NCBI GenBank assembly: GCA_030040035.1
Contig: JASHUJ010000071.1
Coordinates: forward strand, 1 to 39,495
Direction of reading: 5' to 3'
DNA: 39,495 nucleotides
DNA from: Thermoplasmata archaeon
GTDB lineage: Archaea; Thermoplasmatota; Thermoplasmata; Lutacidiplasmatales; UBA184
Below are positions 22,816 to 30,431 of the stretch, one piece after another; position 1 is the stretch's first letter, and every line of letters begins with the position of its first letter. Below the pieces are notes generated by a model, which was not told the DNA's origin, made no database searches, and saw only the letters and a list, made by a program, of their open reading frames with translations. Made by a program: the position numbers and the translations under genes.

Positions 22816-25593
22816 TCAGGGCACGATGATGACGCCGACCGAGTGGTCGTACGCCTTCACGTGGGAGATCGCCACGTTCGTGGAGTCGTACACGTAGACA
22901 CCGACCGAGTAGTCATCGGCCAGCACGTACCGGACGATGACGTGGTCGGAGACCCAGACCACGACCCCGTAGGAGTCCCCGATCGCGCTGACCTGCTCGA
23001 CGTGGACGTTCTTCACCGCGTGGAGGTAGACCGCCTCGGAATCGTACTGGGCGGTCACTCCCGCGACCGTCGCACCGTGCGACACGTCGAGCTGCACCCC
23101 CGCCGAGTCCTCGAGGGCGGTCACCCCGATGACCGTCGACGAGTGAGAGAGCGAGAAGTTCACCCCGAGCGAGTCGTCCGCTGCGATGACGTTGTCGACC
23201 ACGGCCCCGGTCGTTCCGGGGAGGTAGTAGTAGGAGTCGTAGTCGGCCTCGGCCCCGTAGTCGATGCCCGCGGTGAACGCGATCGCCCCGTTGGTCGCGA
23301 AGAGCCACGAGTACGAGCCGTCGGTGCTGCTCAGCGCTTCCACCCCGGTCGAGGCGTTCGCGTACACATCGGTCACGGTCGTGGAGAACGAGCCCATGTC
23401 GGTGACGCCGTCGGAGTCGATGATCGACTCGACATTCGACACCTGCGTTCCGACGGAATCCCCGACCCAGACCCCCGAGGTGTAGAGCTCCGCGTCCACG
23501 TCCTCGACCGTCGCATCGGTATCGTGCCAGAGAACGACCTGGGTGTTGTAGATGTCCCCGGCGATGACCTGGTCGGCGACGAGGTCGTGGGCGCCGTCAA
23601 ACAGGTTGATGTCCGACGTCCAGAACGGGTCGTCGTAGATCGCCGGCGCCGGAGCGAGCAGGCCACCTTCGACCGTCGAGCCGTAGTCGGCGAAGATGTA
23701 GTTGTTGTACCCGCCGGAGTCGTAGCCCTGGTACGTGTCGATGACCCAGATCGGCGCGGTGACCCCCTGGGTCATGAAGACCTCGAAGGTCGCGTAGCCG
23801 TAGTCGTTCACGTGCTCGAACGTGAAGTTCATGTTGTCGACGAGCCCGTTGAACTCGTACGGCGGCCCCGACGCGCCGACCACGTTCTTCGCCAGGAGCG
23901 CCATCTGCGCGTTCGAGAACGCGTAGAGCGGCGCGTTCAACGTGCCCGGGGCCGACGTCAGCGATAGGTCGTAGGAAGTGTCCGAGCCGTGGATCACGGA
24001 CCCGTTCAGTTCCTGGAACCCGGCCGCGAACGCCTGCACGTAGTAGGCCGTCGTCCAGGGCGATCCGAGCGGCGGCAGATAGGTGCTGAACGTTCCCGTG
24101 TCCGTCGTGGGCAACCAGCTCATGTTGTCGCGCTCGTTGAGGCTGGGATTCCACGGGTCCAAGACGGCCGGCGTGTTGCTGACGAAGACGAAGCCGTAGT
24201 TCGGGGAGATCTTCCCGGCGAGGTGGATGGCCCCGCTGCGGACGGAGACGTACGGCTCCGCTCCCCAGAGGCCGTAGAGCATCGCGGGCCCCTGGTTGAT
24301 GACGAGCGCGTGGCCCGTCGTCCAGTAGTCGGCGATCCCGGTCGACGTCTCGCCGGTGTCGCCGCCGAAGTTGTACGCCGAGGGAACGCTCCGGAAGCCG
24401 CCCCGGGTCGCGTTGGAGTACTCGAGATGGATCGTTCCGTTGATGGAGCGGAAGACCGAGTTATCGCCTCCGATGTTCCCCACCAGGACGATCTCCGCGT
24501 CGCGGAACAGGCCGGTCGGCGACGGGGCGAACCCGTCGATCGAGAATCCCGGAGGGTTTGCGGCCTCGTGGTCGGGCAGCTTCGGGCTGTTGAAGATCAC
24601 CGCGTCGGAGATGCCCGTGAACACCTGGCCGGTCCCCGCCTCGATGATGCGGTAGCCGTACGTCACGACCGAGCGCTTCTGCGCGTTGATCGAGGCGTTG
24701 TTGTAGAGTTGGACCGTGACCGGGTACGACGCCGGGCTCACCGGGACCGTCCCGCCCACGCACTGGAAGACCCCGCCGTAGTTGAAGAGGACCTTGCTGA
24801 TCCCGGACTGCCCGTAGTCGCACGCTTCGTACAGGGTCCCAGCGGCGATGTAGTAGGGGTTCTGCGTCGCCGAGGTCATGTTGAACGTATCGGAGACGAA
24901 GTGGATACCGGTGTCGTTGAAGTTGACGACATTCTGGGTCCAGAAGAAGCCTTGGTCACTGCCGGGGATCGAGATGTTGGTGGCGACCGTGTTGAGCTGG
25001 ATCCCGAATTCGTTCAGGCTCCCCACGTACCCGTCGGACTGACCCGAGACCTCGGTCACTCCCGTCGACGCCGGGTCGGTAACGTTCGGCGGGGTGTTGA
25101 AGGTCACTTCGCCCAAGATGTGCGAAGTATTGTACGAATAGGTCTGCGCGCCGAGCCCATAGTCGGCGAGCCCCAACGGCGCCGGCTGGGCGACGTAGAA
25201 CGGGTTGATCTGACCGTCCACCGCCGTCGCCGGGTGCTCGAGGAGCGCGAGGTTCGGCAGCGAGGTCAGCGGCGCTAGGGTCGGTCCTTGATGCGTCAGG
25301 GATTCGACCCACGGTACGTGGCTCAACGAGGAAGGCACGTGAGAGAGGAGCTGGGTTTCCGGAGTCGACTGCGCGGCGGTACCGGTCGGGCCGTTCGCCT
25401 CCGACGCGGCACCTGGAACTGCCGAGGCGGCCGGAGACGCGCTCAACTGCAGGTCGGAGGCCGAGGCCCCGGTCGGAGCCGACACGGACCGGCCCGAGAT
25501 CACCGAACCCGCCGGCAAGATCATCAGGGCACCGAGCGCGACGACCGCGGCGATCAACCAGCCACTCTTCGCAAGACGGCCGAACTTCGACAT
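22816..25593 (-). CDS. Large secreted thermopsin-family (peptidase A5-like) glycoprotein with C-terminal parallel beta-helix repeats, paralog 2
   Basis: 925 aa from ATG 25593: MSKFGRLAKSGWLIAAVVALGALMILPAG (signal/anchor). The thermopsin-like core is PAPLGLADYGLGAQTYSYNTS...FGIQLNTVATNIS...FFWTQNVVNFNDTGIHFVSDTFNMTS. The C-terminus has about 22-aa periodic repeats (DSLGVNFSLSHSSTVIGVTALEDSAGVQLDVSHGATVAGVTAQYDSEAVYLHAVKNVHVEQVSAIGDSYGVVVWV...). I count at least 13 N-x-S/T sequons by eye. The track ORF to 25896 is an over-extension through tRNA-Val. Confidence 0.75.
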   Translation of the reverse strand: MSKFGRLAKSGWLIAAVVALGALMILPAGSVISGRSVSAPTGASASDLQLSASPAASAVPGAASEANGPTGTAAQSTPETQLLSHVPSSLSHVPWVESLTHQGPTLAPLTSLPNLALLEHPATAVDGQINPFYVAQPAPLGLADYGLGAQTYSYNTSHILGEVTFNTPPNVTDPASTGVTEVSGQSDGYVGSLNEFGIQLNTVATNISIPGSDQGFFWTQNVVNFNDTGIHFVSDTFNMTSATQNPYYIAAGTLYEACDYGQSGISKVLFNYGGVFQCVGGTVPVSPASYPVTVQLYNNASINAQKRSVVTYGYRIIEAGTGQVFTGISDAVIFNSPKLPDHEAANPPGFSIDGFAPSPTGLFRDAEIVLVGNIGGDNSVFRSINGTIHLEYSNATRGGFRSVPSAYNFGGDTGETSTGIADYWTTGHALVINQGPAMLYGLWGAEPYVSVRSGAIHLAGKISPNYGFVFVSNTPAVLDPWNPSLNERDNMSWLPTTDTGTFSTYLPPLGSPWTTAYYVQAFAAGFQELNGSVIHGSDTSYDLSLTSAPGTLNAPLYAFSNAQMALLAKNVVGASGPPYEFNGLVDNMNFTFEHVNDYGYATFEVFMTQGVTAPIWVIDTYQGYDSGGYNNYIFADYGSTVEGGLLAPAPAIYDDPFWTSDINLFDGAHDLVADQVIAGDIYNTQVVLWHDTDATVEDVDAELYTSGVWVGDSVGTQVSNVESIIDSDGVTDMGSFSTTVTDVYANASTGVEALSSTDGSYSWLFATNGAIAFTAGIDYGAEADYDSYYYLPGTTGAVVDNVIAADDSLGVNFSLSHSSTVIGVTALEDSAGVQLDVSHGATVAGVTAQYDSEAVYLHAVKNVHVEQVSAIGDSYGVVVWVSDHVIVRYVLADDYSVGVYVYDSTNVAISHVKAYDHSVGVIIVP

Positions 25594-25597
25594 GGCA

Positions 25598-25625
25598 GGA
25601 CCCGATGGGTCCGGGTTATACAAAG
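25598..25625 (-). promoter_or_regulatory. Putative promoter of paralog 2: TATA-like CTTTGTATAAC plus dyad GGACCC-N3-GGGTCC just upstream of the ATG
   Basis: The minus strand reads ...gaggCTTTGTATAACccGGACCCatcGGGTCCtgccATG. The TATA-like element is at 25615-25625 and the perfect 6-bp dyad at 25598-25612. Confidence 0.4.
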
Positions 25626-25782
25626 CCTCGCAACACGAAATTTCCGGGCCGGGACGGAACCTACGGAACCGGGACCCAGCCCCGGAGCGACCGTCGGCGC
25701 CGGGACGACGCTCCGTTACAGTGCCGCCGTCCCGACCGTCCCCTCTTCGACCAGAAGGAGTCCGACCGATGCGCGCCGGGAA

Positions 25783-25855
25783 TGGGCTCGGCCGGATTCG
25801 AACCGGCGACCTTCGCTGTGTGAGAGCGACGTCGTAACCGCTGGACCACGAGCCC
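25783..25855 (-). tRNA. tRNA-Val (anticodon CAC), no encoded CCA
   Basis: Reverse complement folds as: acceptor GGGCTCG/CGAGCCC; D arm GTCC-AGCGGTTA-CGAC; anticodon arm TCGCT-CTCACAC-AGCGA (CAC); variable AGGTC; T arm GCCGG-TTCGAAT-CCGGC; discriminator A. 73 nt. Confidence 0.9.
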
Positions 25856-25943
25856 GACGGAACCCTCGGAGGCCGCTTCAGCCATAAGGGTTCCATCTTG
25901 GGCCCAGGTCCACGGCCGGCCGACCCGAGCCCTTCCCTCCGGT

Positions 25944-26522
25944 GTGGGGGGTCCCCGGCACGGCTCGGCGGAAGGCGAATCGGGCGGAACGGGAAATCGA
26001 AGGGTTCAAGGCGAGCGCGCCGCTTTGACGACCCAGGGGACCTGCTTGCCGCTCAGCTCGGGCGCTCGCTCGTACGCCGCCAAGACCCTGCCGCCGCCCA
26101 ACGCCGAGTTGAATCCGGTCGTTCCGAAGGTGCGACGGCTCTGTGATGAGGGGAAGGCCGGTGAGGCGGCGGTCGTAGCCTTCGATGCGATTTTGGCGGA
26201 CACGATCCGTTTGTACGGGCTCAAGGTACCTCCGAGCTGCACGTCGTTCGAGTTCCTGGCGCGATTCCTGCGTCCGGACATGGGCAAGCTGCTCGAGCTG
26301 TTGCCGGACCTCTACCGTCTCTACGAGCCCGCCCGTTTCGGGGGGATCGTTCCGGGCGACGCGCAATCCGTCCGTACGGTAGTCGACCGAATCTACACCG
26401 AAACTTCCCTCGCTTGGGCGTATGACCCGCTGTATCAGCCCAAAGGTCCGGGCTTCCCATCCTCCCCGTCGGACGCCGCGCCCAGCCCCGGCTCTCCGCC
26501 CGGAGGTCCGAAGCGTTCGTGA
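25944..26522 (+). CDS. DUF4129-like protein, first gene of the MoxR cassette; start uncertain
   Basis: The C-terminal two-thirds reads VRRLCDEGKAGEAAVVAFDAILADTIRLYGLKVPPSCTSFEFLARFLRPDMGKLLELLPDLYRLYEPARFGG. This fits the DUF4129 pattern (helical, T-x-x-E ... Y-x-x-A-R-F/Y-G). In-frame GTG 26130 is a more plausible start than GTG 25944. Confidence 0.6.
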   Translation: MGGPRHGSAEGESGGTGNRRVQGERAALTTQGTCLPLSSGARSYAAKTLPPPNAELNPVVPKVRRLCDEGKAGEAAVVAFDAILADTIRLYGLKVPPSCTSFEFLARFLRPDMGKLLELLPDLYRLYEPARFGGIVPGDAQSVRTVVDRIYTETSLAWAYDPLYQPKGPGFPSSPSDAAPSPGSPPGGPKRS

Positions 26523-27037
26523 GCGGCGTCGCAGCGGCTTCGGCACTGATCGCTCCCTTCCCGCTCACGGTTCCCCTCGTGCTCGTCGCGGGCGTCGCGA
26601 TCGCCTGGTGGAGCTGGAATCGCTCGGCCAATCCGCCCCGGTTTTCGGGCTACTCCGTGCGGATCGGATGGATGGTCGATCCGGTCGCTTGGCTCGACCG
26701 CGATCTTCGACGCGACCTCCTCGCGCCCGGCATCTATTCGGTCCTTCAACGGCTCCTCCGCGAGCTCACGGACCACCGGCAACTGCGGAACGCGGAGATC
26801 TTTGGATGGCTCGTCTCGGCTCGGGTGCGACGGGATCCCCTGCTCCTGCGCGCGCGGCGCACCGCGCGACGACTCGACGGGGCGTACCGTCTGGCCAATC
26901 TCGCCGAAGACCCACGTTGGAACGACGTCTGGTCGCGCTGGCGACGCCCGATCCGGCGCGCGAGAGCGCGGCAGATCTTCGAGGAAGAGCTCCGCGAGAT
27001 CGACCAGATCTGGCCCCGATTGGAGGCGGCGGCATGA
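26519..27037 (+). CDS. Uncharacterised single-pass membrane protein with an Arg-rich helical cytoplasmic part
   Basis: 172 aa with high GC3. N-terminal TM segment is ALIAPFPLTVPLVLVAGVAIAWW. The GTG start overlaps the upstream stop as GTGA, and its own stop overlaps the moxR ATG as ATGA. Confidence 0.6.
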   Translation: MSGVAAASALIAPFPLTVPLVLVAGVAIAWWSWNRSANPPRFSGYSVRIGWMVDPVAWLDRDLRRDLLAPGIYSVLQRLLRELTDHRQLRNAEIFGWLVSARVRRDPLLLRARRTARRLDGAYRLANLAEDPRWNDVWSRWRRPIRRARARQIFEEELREIDQIWPRLEAAA

Positions 27038-28110
27038 CGCCACCCACGGCCCGGGTCGACGCGTCCCGGACGGAGGCCCCCACGGAGATGCTCGCGGGCG
27101 GGAGCGATCGCGCGTCATCCGCCCGACCCGAACGGAGCCTCTCGCCCACCGAAGGGCGGGCCCTGCTCGACCGGCTCCAGTCGACGGTCGGCGCGCGCGT
27201 GATCGGATCGGAACCGGTCGTGCGGGCCCTGATGATCGCCCTCGCGGTCGAGGGTCACGTGTTGCTCGAAGGGGTGCCGGGCATCGCGAAGACGCTGCTC
27301 GCGCGGACGTACGCCCGCGCCCTCGGGCTATCCTTCCAGCGGATCCAATTCACGCCCGACATGCTGCCGTCCGACATCGTCGGCAGCCTCGTGCTGGACC
27401 CCCGGGACCGGTCGTTCGCCTATCGCCCGGGTCCGATCTTCGCTCAGGTCGTCCTGGCCGACGAGATCAATCGCGCCCCGCCGAAGGTCCAGTCGGCGCT
27501 GCTCGAAGCGATGCAGGAGCGCCAGGTGACCATCGATCGGGTCTCGCACCCCCTACCACGACCGTTCCTCGTCATCGCGACCGAGAATCCGATCGAGCAG
27601 GAGGGCACGTACCCCCTGCCCGAGGCCGAATTGGACCGCTTCCTGTTCCGCTGGATCATGTCGTATCCGCGCGAGGAGGAGGAGCGAATGATCGTGCGCT
27701 CGCAGCTCGACCCGGCGGCCGAGACCGACCTCGAACCCGTGCTCTCGGCCGGGGAGATCGACCGCCTCGCGCCCTCGCTCGCCGCGATGCATCTCGATGA
27801 TTCGCTGCCGGCGTACGTGACGGAGATCGTCCGGACGACGCGCAAGGACCCCCGGATCGCTGCCGGCGCGTCCCCTCGCGCCGCGGTCCACTTCATGCGC
27901 GCGGCCCGCGCGAGCGCGTTCCTCGCCGGCCGCTCCTACGTGATCCCGGACGACGTCAAGGAGCTCGCCTTCCCGACCCTCAACCACCGCGTGCGGGTCC
28001 GTCCGGAGTTTCGGGCGCGACGGCTCGTCGAATCGGCGGCGCGCGGCCCCTACGAGGGGATCCGCACGCTGCTCACCGACTGCCTCGGTCAGGTCCCCGC
28101 GCCCCGCTGA
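27034..28110 (+). CDS. MoxR-family AAA+ ATPase
   Basis: 358 aa from ATG 27034: Walker A LLEGVPGIAKTLLA, QFTPDMLPSDIVG, Walker B VVLADEINRAPPKVQSALLEAMQERQVT, and LVIATENPIEQEGTYPLPEAELDRF. The track ORF from 26422 is an out-of-frame-context over-extension. Confidence 0.92.
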   Translation: MTPPTARVDASRTEAPTEMLAGGSDRASSARPERSLSPTEGRALLDRLQSTVGARVIGSEPVVRALMIALAVEGHVLLEGVPGIAKTLLARTYARALGLSFQRIQFTPDMLPSDIVGSLVLDPRDRSFAYRPGPIFAQVVLADEINRAPPKVQSALLEAMQERQVTIDRVSHPLPRPFLVIATENPIEQEGTYPLPEAELDRFLFRWIMSYPREEEERMIVRSQLDPAAETDLEPVLSAGEIDRLAPSLAAMHLDDSLPAYVTEIVRTTRKDPRIAAGASPRAAVHFMRAARASAFLAGRSYVIPDDVKELAFPTLNHRVRVRPEFRARRLVESAARGPYEGIRTLLTDCLGQVPAPR

Positions 28111-28119
28111 TTCGCGCGC

Positions 28120-29448
28120 ATGTCGAGCTCGCGCGTCGTGCTGAGCCCCTGGGGGTGGTCGTGGATCGCGGGCGGGCTCGGGGGACTCGTCCTGGGCCTC
28201 CTGACGCTCAACCTCCTCCTGCTCGTGATCCCGACCGCCGCGCTCGTCTTCGTCGCCGCGGAGCTGATCGCGTTCGACCGGGCGACCCGGGACTTCGGGG
28301 TCGACTGGTTCCGCTGGCAGCGGTTCGAGAACAGCTCGGAGGTGCCGCTCGACGGTCTCGGATCGATGGCCGTCGACCTCGAGCTCGCGGTCGATCGCCC
28401 CTTCTACGCCGAAGTGTTCGACACTCCGCCCAGCACGTTCGAGGTCGTCGGGGGCTCGCCGCGCCTGGTCTCTTGGTGGCCCCGGGGTGAACCGGTCCGG
28501 CTCGCGTACGTGTTCCGACCTCGAGAGCGCGGTCAGTTCCGCCTCGGGCCCACGATCATCGTCGCGCACCAGCCGCTCGGACTGGCGTGCCGGATCGCCC
28601 GGCTCGACGACCGCTGGGAGGTCGTCGTGACTCCCTCGCTGACCGTCGAGGAGGCGCAGGCGGCGATCGCGAGCGGCCCGCGCGGGCCCGGAGAGGCGTT
28701 CCGCCGCCGGAGCGGACCGGGGGCGGAGTTCCGGACCCTCCACGAGTACCACCCGTCGGACGACGTGCGGCGGATCGTCTGGCGCCGTTCGGCCCTCGAG
28801 AAGATGTACGTCCGCGAGCACGAGGAGGAGGTCCACCCGGACCTCCTGCTCATCGTGGATTGCGGCCGGGACATGCGTCTGGGTCCGCCGGGATCCGAGA
28901 GCCTCGAGCTCAGCGTCGACGGGGCGACCGTGCTCGCGGGGGCGGCGCTCGCGCGGTCCGATCGCGTGGGCCTGCTGACCTTCTCGAGTCAGCTTGAGGG
29001 GTTTGCGCCGGTCGCCCTGGGACCCTCCGCCGCCGCGGAGATCACGGAGGTGCTCGGACGCGTCCGCCTTGCGGACTCGCCGTTCCAGATCGACGCCGCG
29101 CTCGAGGCGGCCATCGATCGGCTCAGCGCGCCCGCCACGATCGTGCTCCTCACGAACCTCGCGCAGGTTCCCGAGGAGGCCGAGCCCGCGGTCGCGGTCG
29201 CTCGAGCCCGGGGCCACCGGATGCTCGTGCTCTGTCCGGATTATCCCAGCCTCTATCCGCCGATCGGGGACCCGATCTTCGAGCAGACGCTCGAGTTCGT
29301 CCGGGCGCCCGAGCGGAACCGCCTCGAATCGCACGTCGAGCGCCTCCGGGGTTCCGGCGTGCCGGTGGCGGTGTACCCCCCCTCGGCGGTCCGCCCGGCG
29401 GTCCTTCAGTTCTACGGGGAGATCCGGGCCGGGGGGCTGCCGACGTGA
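28120..29448 (+). CDS. DUF58-domain protein (vWA-like fold) with two N-terminal TM helices
   Basis: 442 aa: GPGAEFRTLHEYHPSDDVRRIVWRRSALEKMYVREHEEEVHPDLLLIVDCGRDM matches the DUF58 core (G-x-EF-x-x-x-R-x-Y-x-x-x-D-x-x-R-x-I-x-W...). It lies 9 nt downstream of moxR, the canonical gene order. Confidence 0.85.
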   Translation: MSSSRVVLSPWGWSWIAGGLGGLVLGLLTLNLLLLVIPTAALVFVAAELIAFDRATRDFGVDWFRWQRFENSSEVPLDGLGSMAVDLELAVDRPFYAEVFDTPPSTFEVVGGSPRLVSWWPRGEPVRLAYVFRPRERGQFRLGPTIIVAHQPLGLACRIARLDDRWEVVVTPSLTVEEAQAAIASGPRGPGEAFRRRSGPGAEFRTLHEYHPSDDVRRIVWRRSALEKMYVREHEEEVHPDLLLIVDCGRDMRLGPPGSESLELSVDGATVLAGAALARSDRVGLLTFSSQLEGFAPVALGPSAAAEITEVLGRVRLADSPFQIDAALEAAIDRLSAPATIVLLTNLAQVPEEAEPAVAVARARGHRMLVLCPDYPSLYPPIGDPIFEQTLEFVRAPERNRLESHVERLRGSGVPVAVYPPSAVRPAVLQFYGEIRAGGLPT

Positions 29449-30431
29449 CCGACCGGCCGTGGGTCGTGGCGCTCCTCGCGCCCGCGCCGCTCTACGTCGC
29501 GCTCCGATACTTCGTAGAGTTCCCGGGGTACTCCGCGATGGTCCCAGCCGGGTTCCTCGTCACGGTCGCGTTCGGCCTCGCGACGGGGTTCGGGCTCGTG
29601 CGCTCCCCGCCGATCGCCTGGGCAGGTCGGCTCGCGCTGCTCTTCGAGGTCGCGATCGCGATCCTCCCCACCTTCCCCGCCGGCGCGATCGGTCTCGACT
29701 TCGCCGCGGGCGTGATGCTCGGATTGCCGTTCGTGGGGCTCGAGGGGGTCTGGCGCTCCGAATACTCCCCCGGCAGCCGGCTGGGGACGCTCGAGCTAAC
29801 CCTCTTCCTCGGCGTCCTGTACCTCGCCGCCGTGCCGGTCGTGGCCGCCGCGGGCGGGCCCCTGACGGGGCTCACGTTCTTCCGGGCGGTCAGCCAAGTG
29901 ATCGACGCGCAGGGCGTCGGCCTCCTCGGTGCGTTCTCGGGCAGCGCCTCGAACGCCTCATTGCCACTCGCGACGAGCCTCGACCCCGTCTTCGTCGCGC
30001 TCGGCGGGCTCGCCCTCTTGGGCCTCGTGCTCGTCTCCCTCGCGCCGCGGACCGCGCTCGGCGAGCCGCTCCCGTGGGCGTGGGGCCGACGCATCCGCGC
30101 GTCGACGGGCGGCCTCCGGGGGGTCGACCCGGAGGAGCTCCGTCCCGGCCAACGCGACGCGCTCGCGAGCCGGACCCGTGCGGCTCCCCCCGAGGAGATG
30201 GTCCCGCCAGGGATCGAGTCCCTGATGATCGCCGCGCTCGCCGTCGTCGTGCTCGTGGTCGCGGCAGTGTTCTTCCCCCGGTACGTGCTGACGTTCCTCG
30301 CCGTCGGCACGATCGCCCTTCTCCTCGGCACGATCGGTGTCCTCGCCCGGCACCTCACCCCCACGGAGCGACCGCCGAGCGGAGAGGCGCCGGTGCCGGT
30401 CGCCGACGTCCCGTCGGCCGACCGCGCCTAG
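29445..30431 (+). CDS. Uncharacterised polytopic membrane protein, last gene of the MoxR cassette
   Basis: 328 aa with multiple hydrophobic segments (at least 6 by eye) and high GC3. The GTG start overlaps the DUF58 stop as GTGA. I could not recognise a transglutaminase Cys-His-Asp core or any other catalytic motif. Confidence 0.6.
   Translation: MTDRPWVVALLAPAPLYVALRYFVEFPGYSAMVPAGFLVTVAFGLATGFGLVRSPPIAWAGRLALLFEVAIAILPTFPAGAIGLDFAAGVMLGLPFVGLEGVWRSEYSPGSRLGTLELTLFLGVLYLAAVPVVAAAGGPLTGLTFFRAVSQVIDAQGVGLLGAFSGSASNASLPLATSLDPVFVALGGLALLGLVLVSLAPRTALGEPLPWAWGRRIRASTGGLRGVDPEELRPGQRDALASRTRAAPPEEMVPPGIESLMIAALAVVVLVVAAVFFPRYVLTFLAVGTIALLLGTIGVLARHLTPTERPPSGEAPVPVADVPSADRA

Noticed and set aside
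3850-25855. Possibility that the tRNA-Cys or tRNA-Val genes mark integration sites of a genomic island or provirus
   Set aside because: I found no integrase, recombinase, transposase, direct repeat of a tRNA 3' end, or phage-like genes next to either tRNA. Flanking genes are housekeeping or envelope genes with the same GC and codon style as the rest of the window.
25594-25896. N-terminal 101-aa extension of the track ORF 22816..25896
   Set aside because: The extension reads straight through a well-folding tRNA-Val(CAC) gene (25783-25855) and through the TATA-like promoter. The internal ATG 25593 is immediately followed by a classic signal/anchor sequence.
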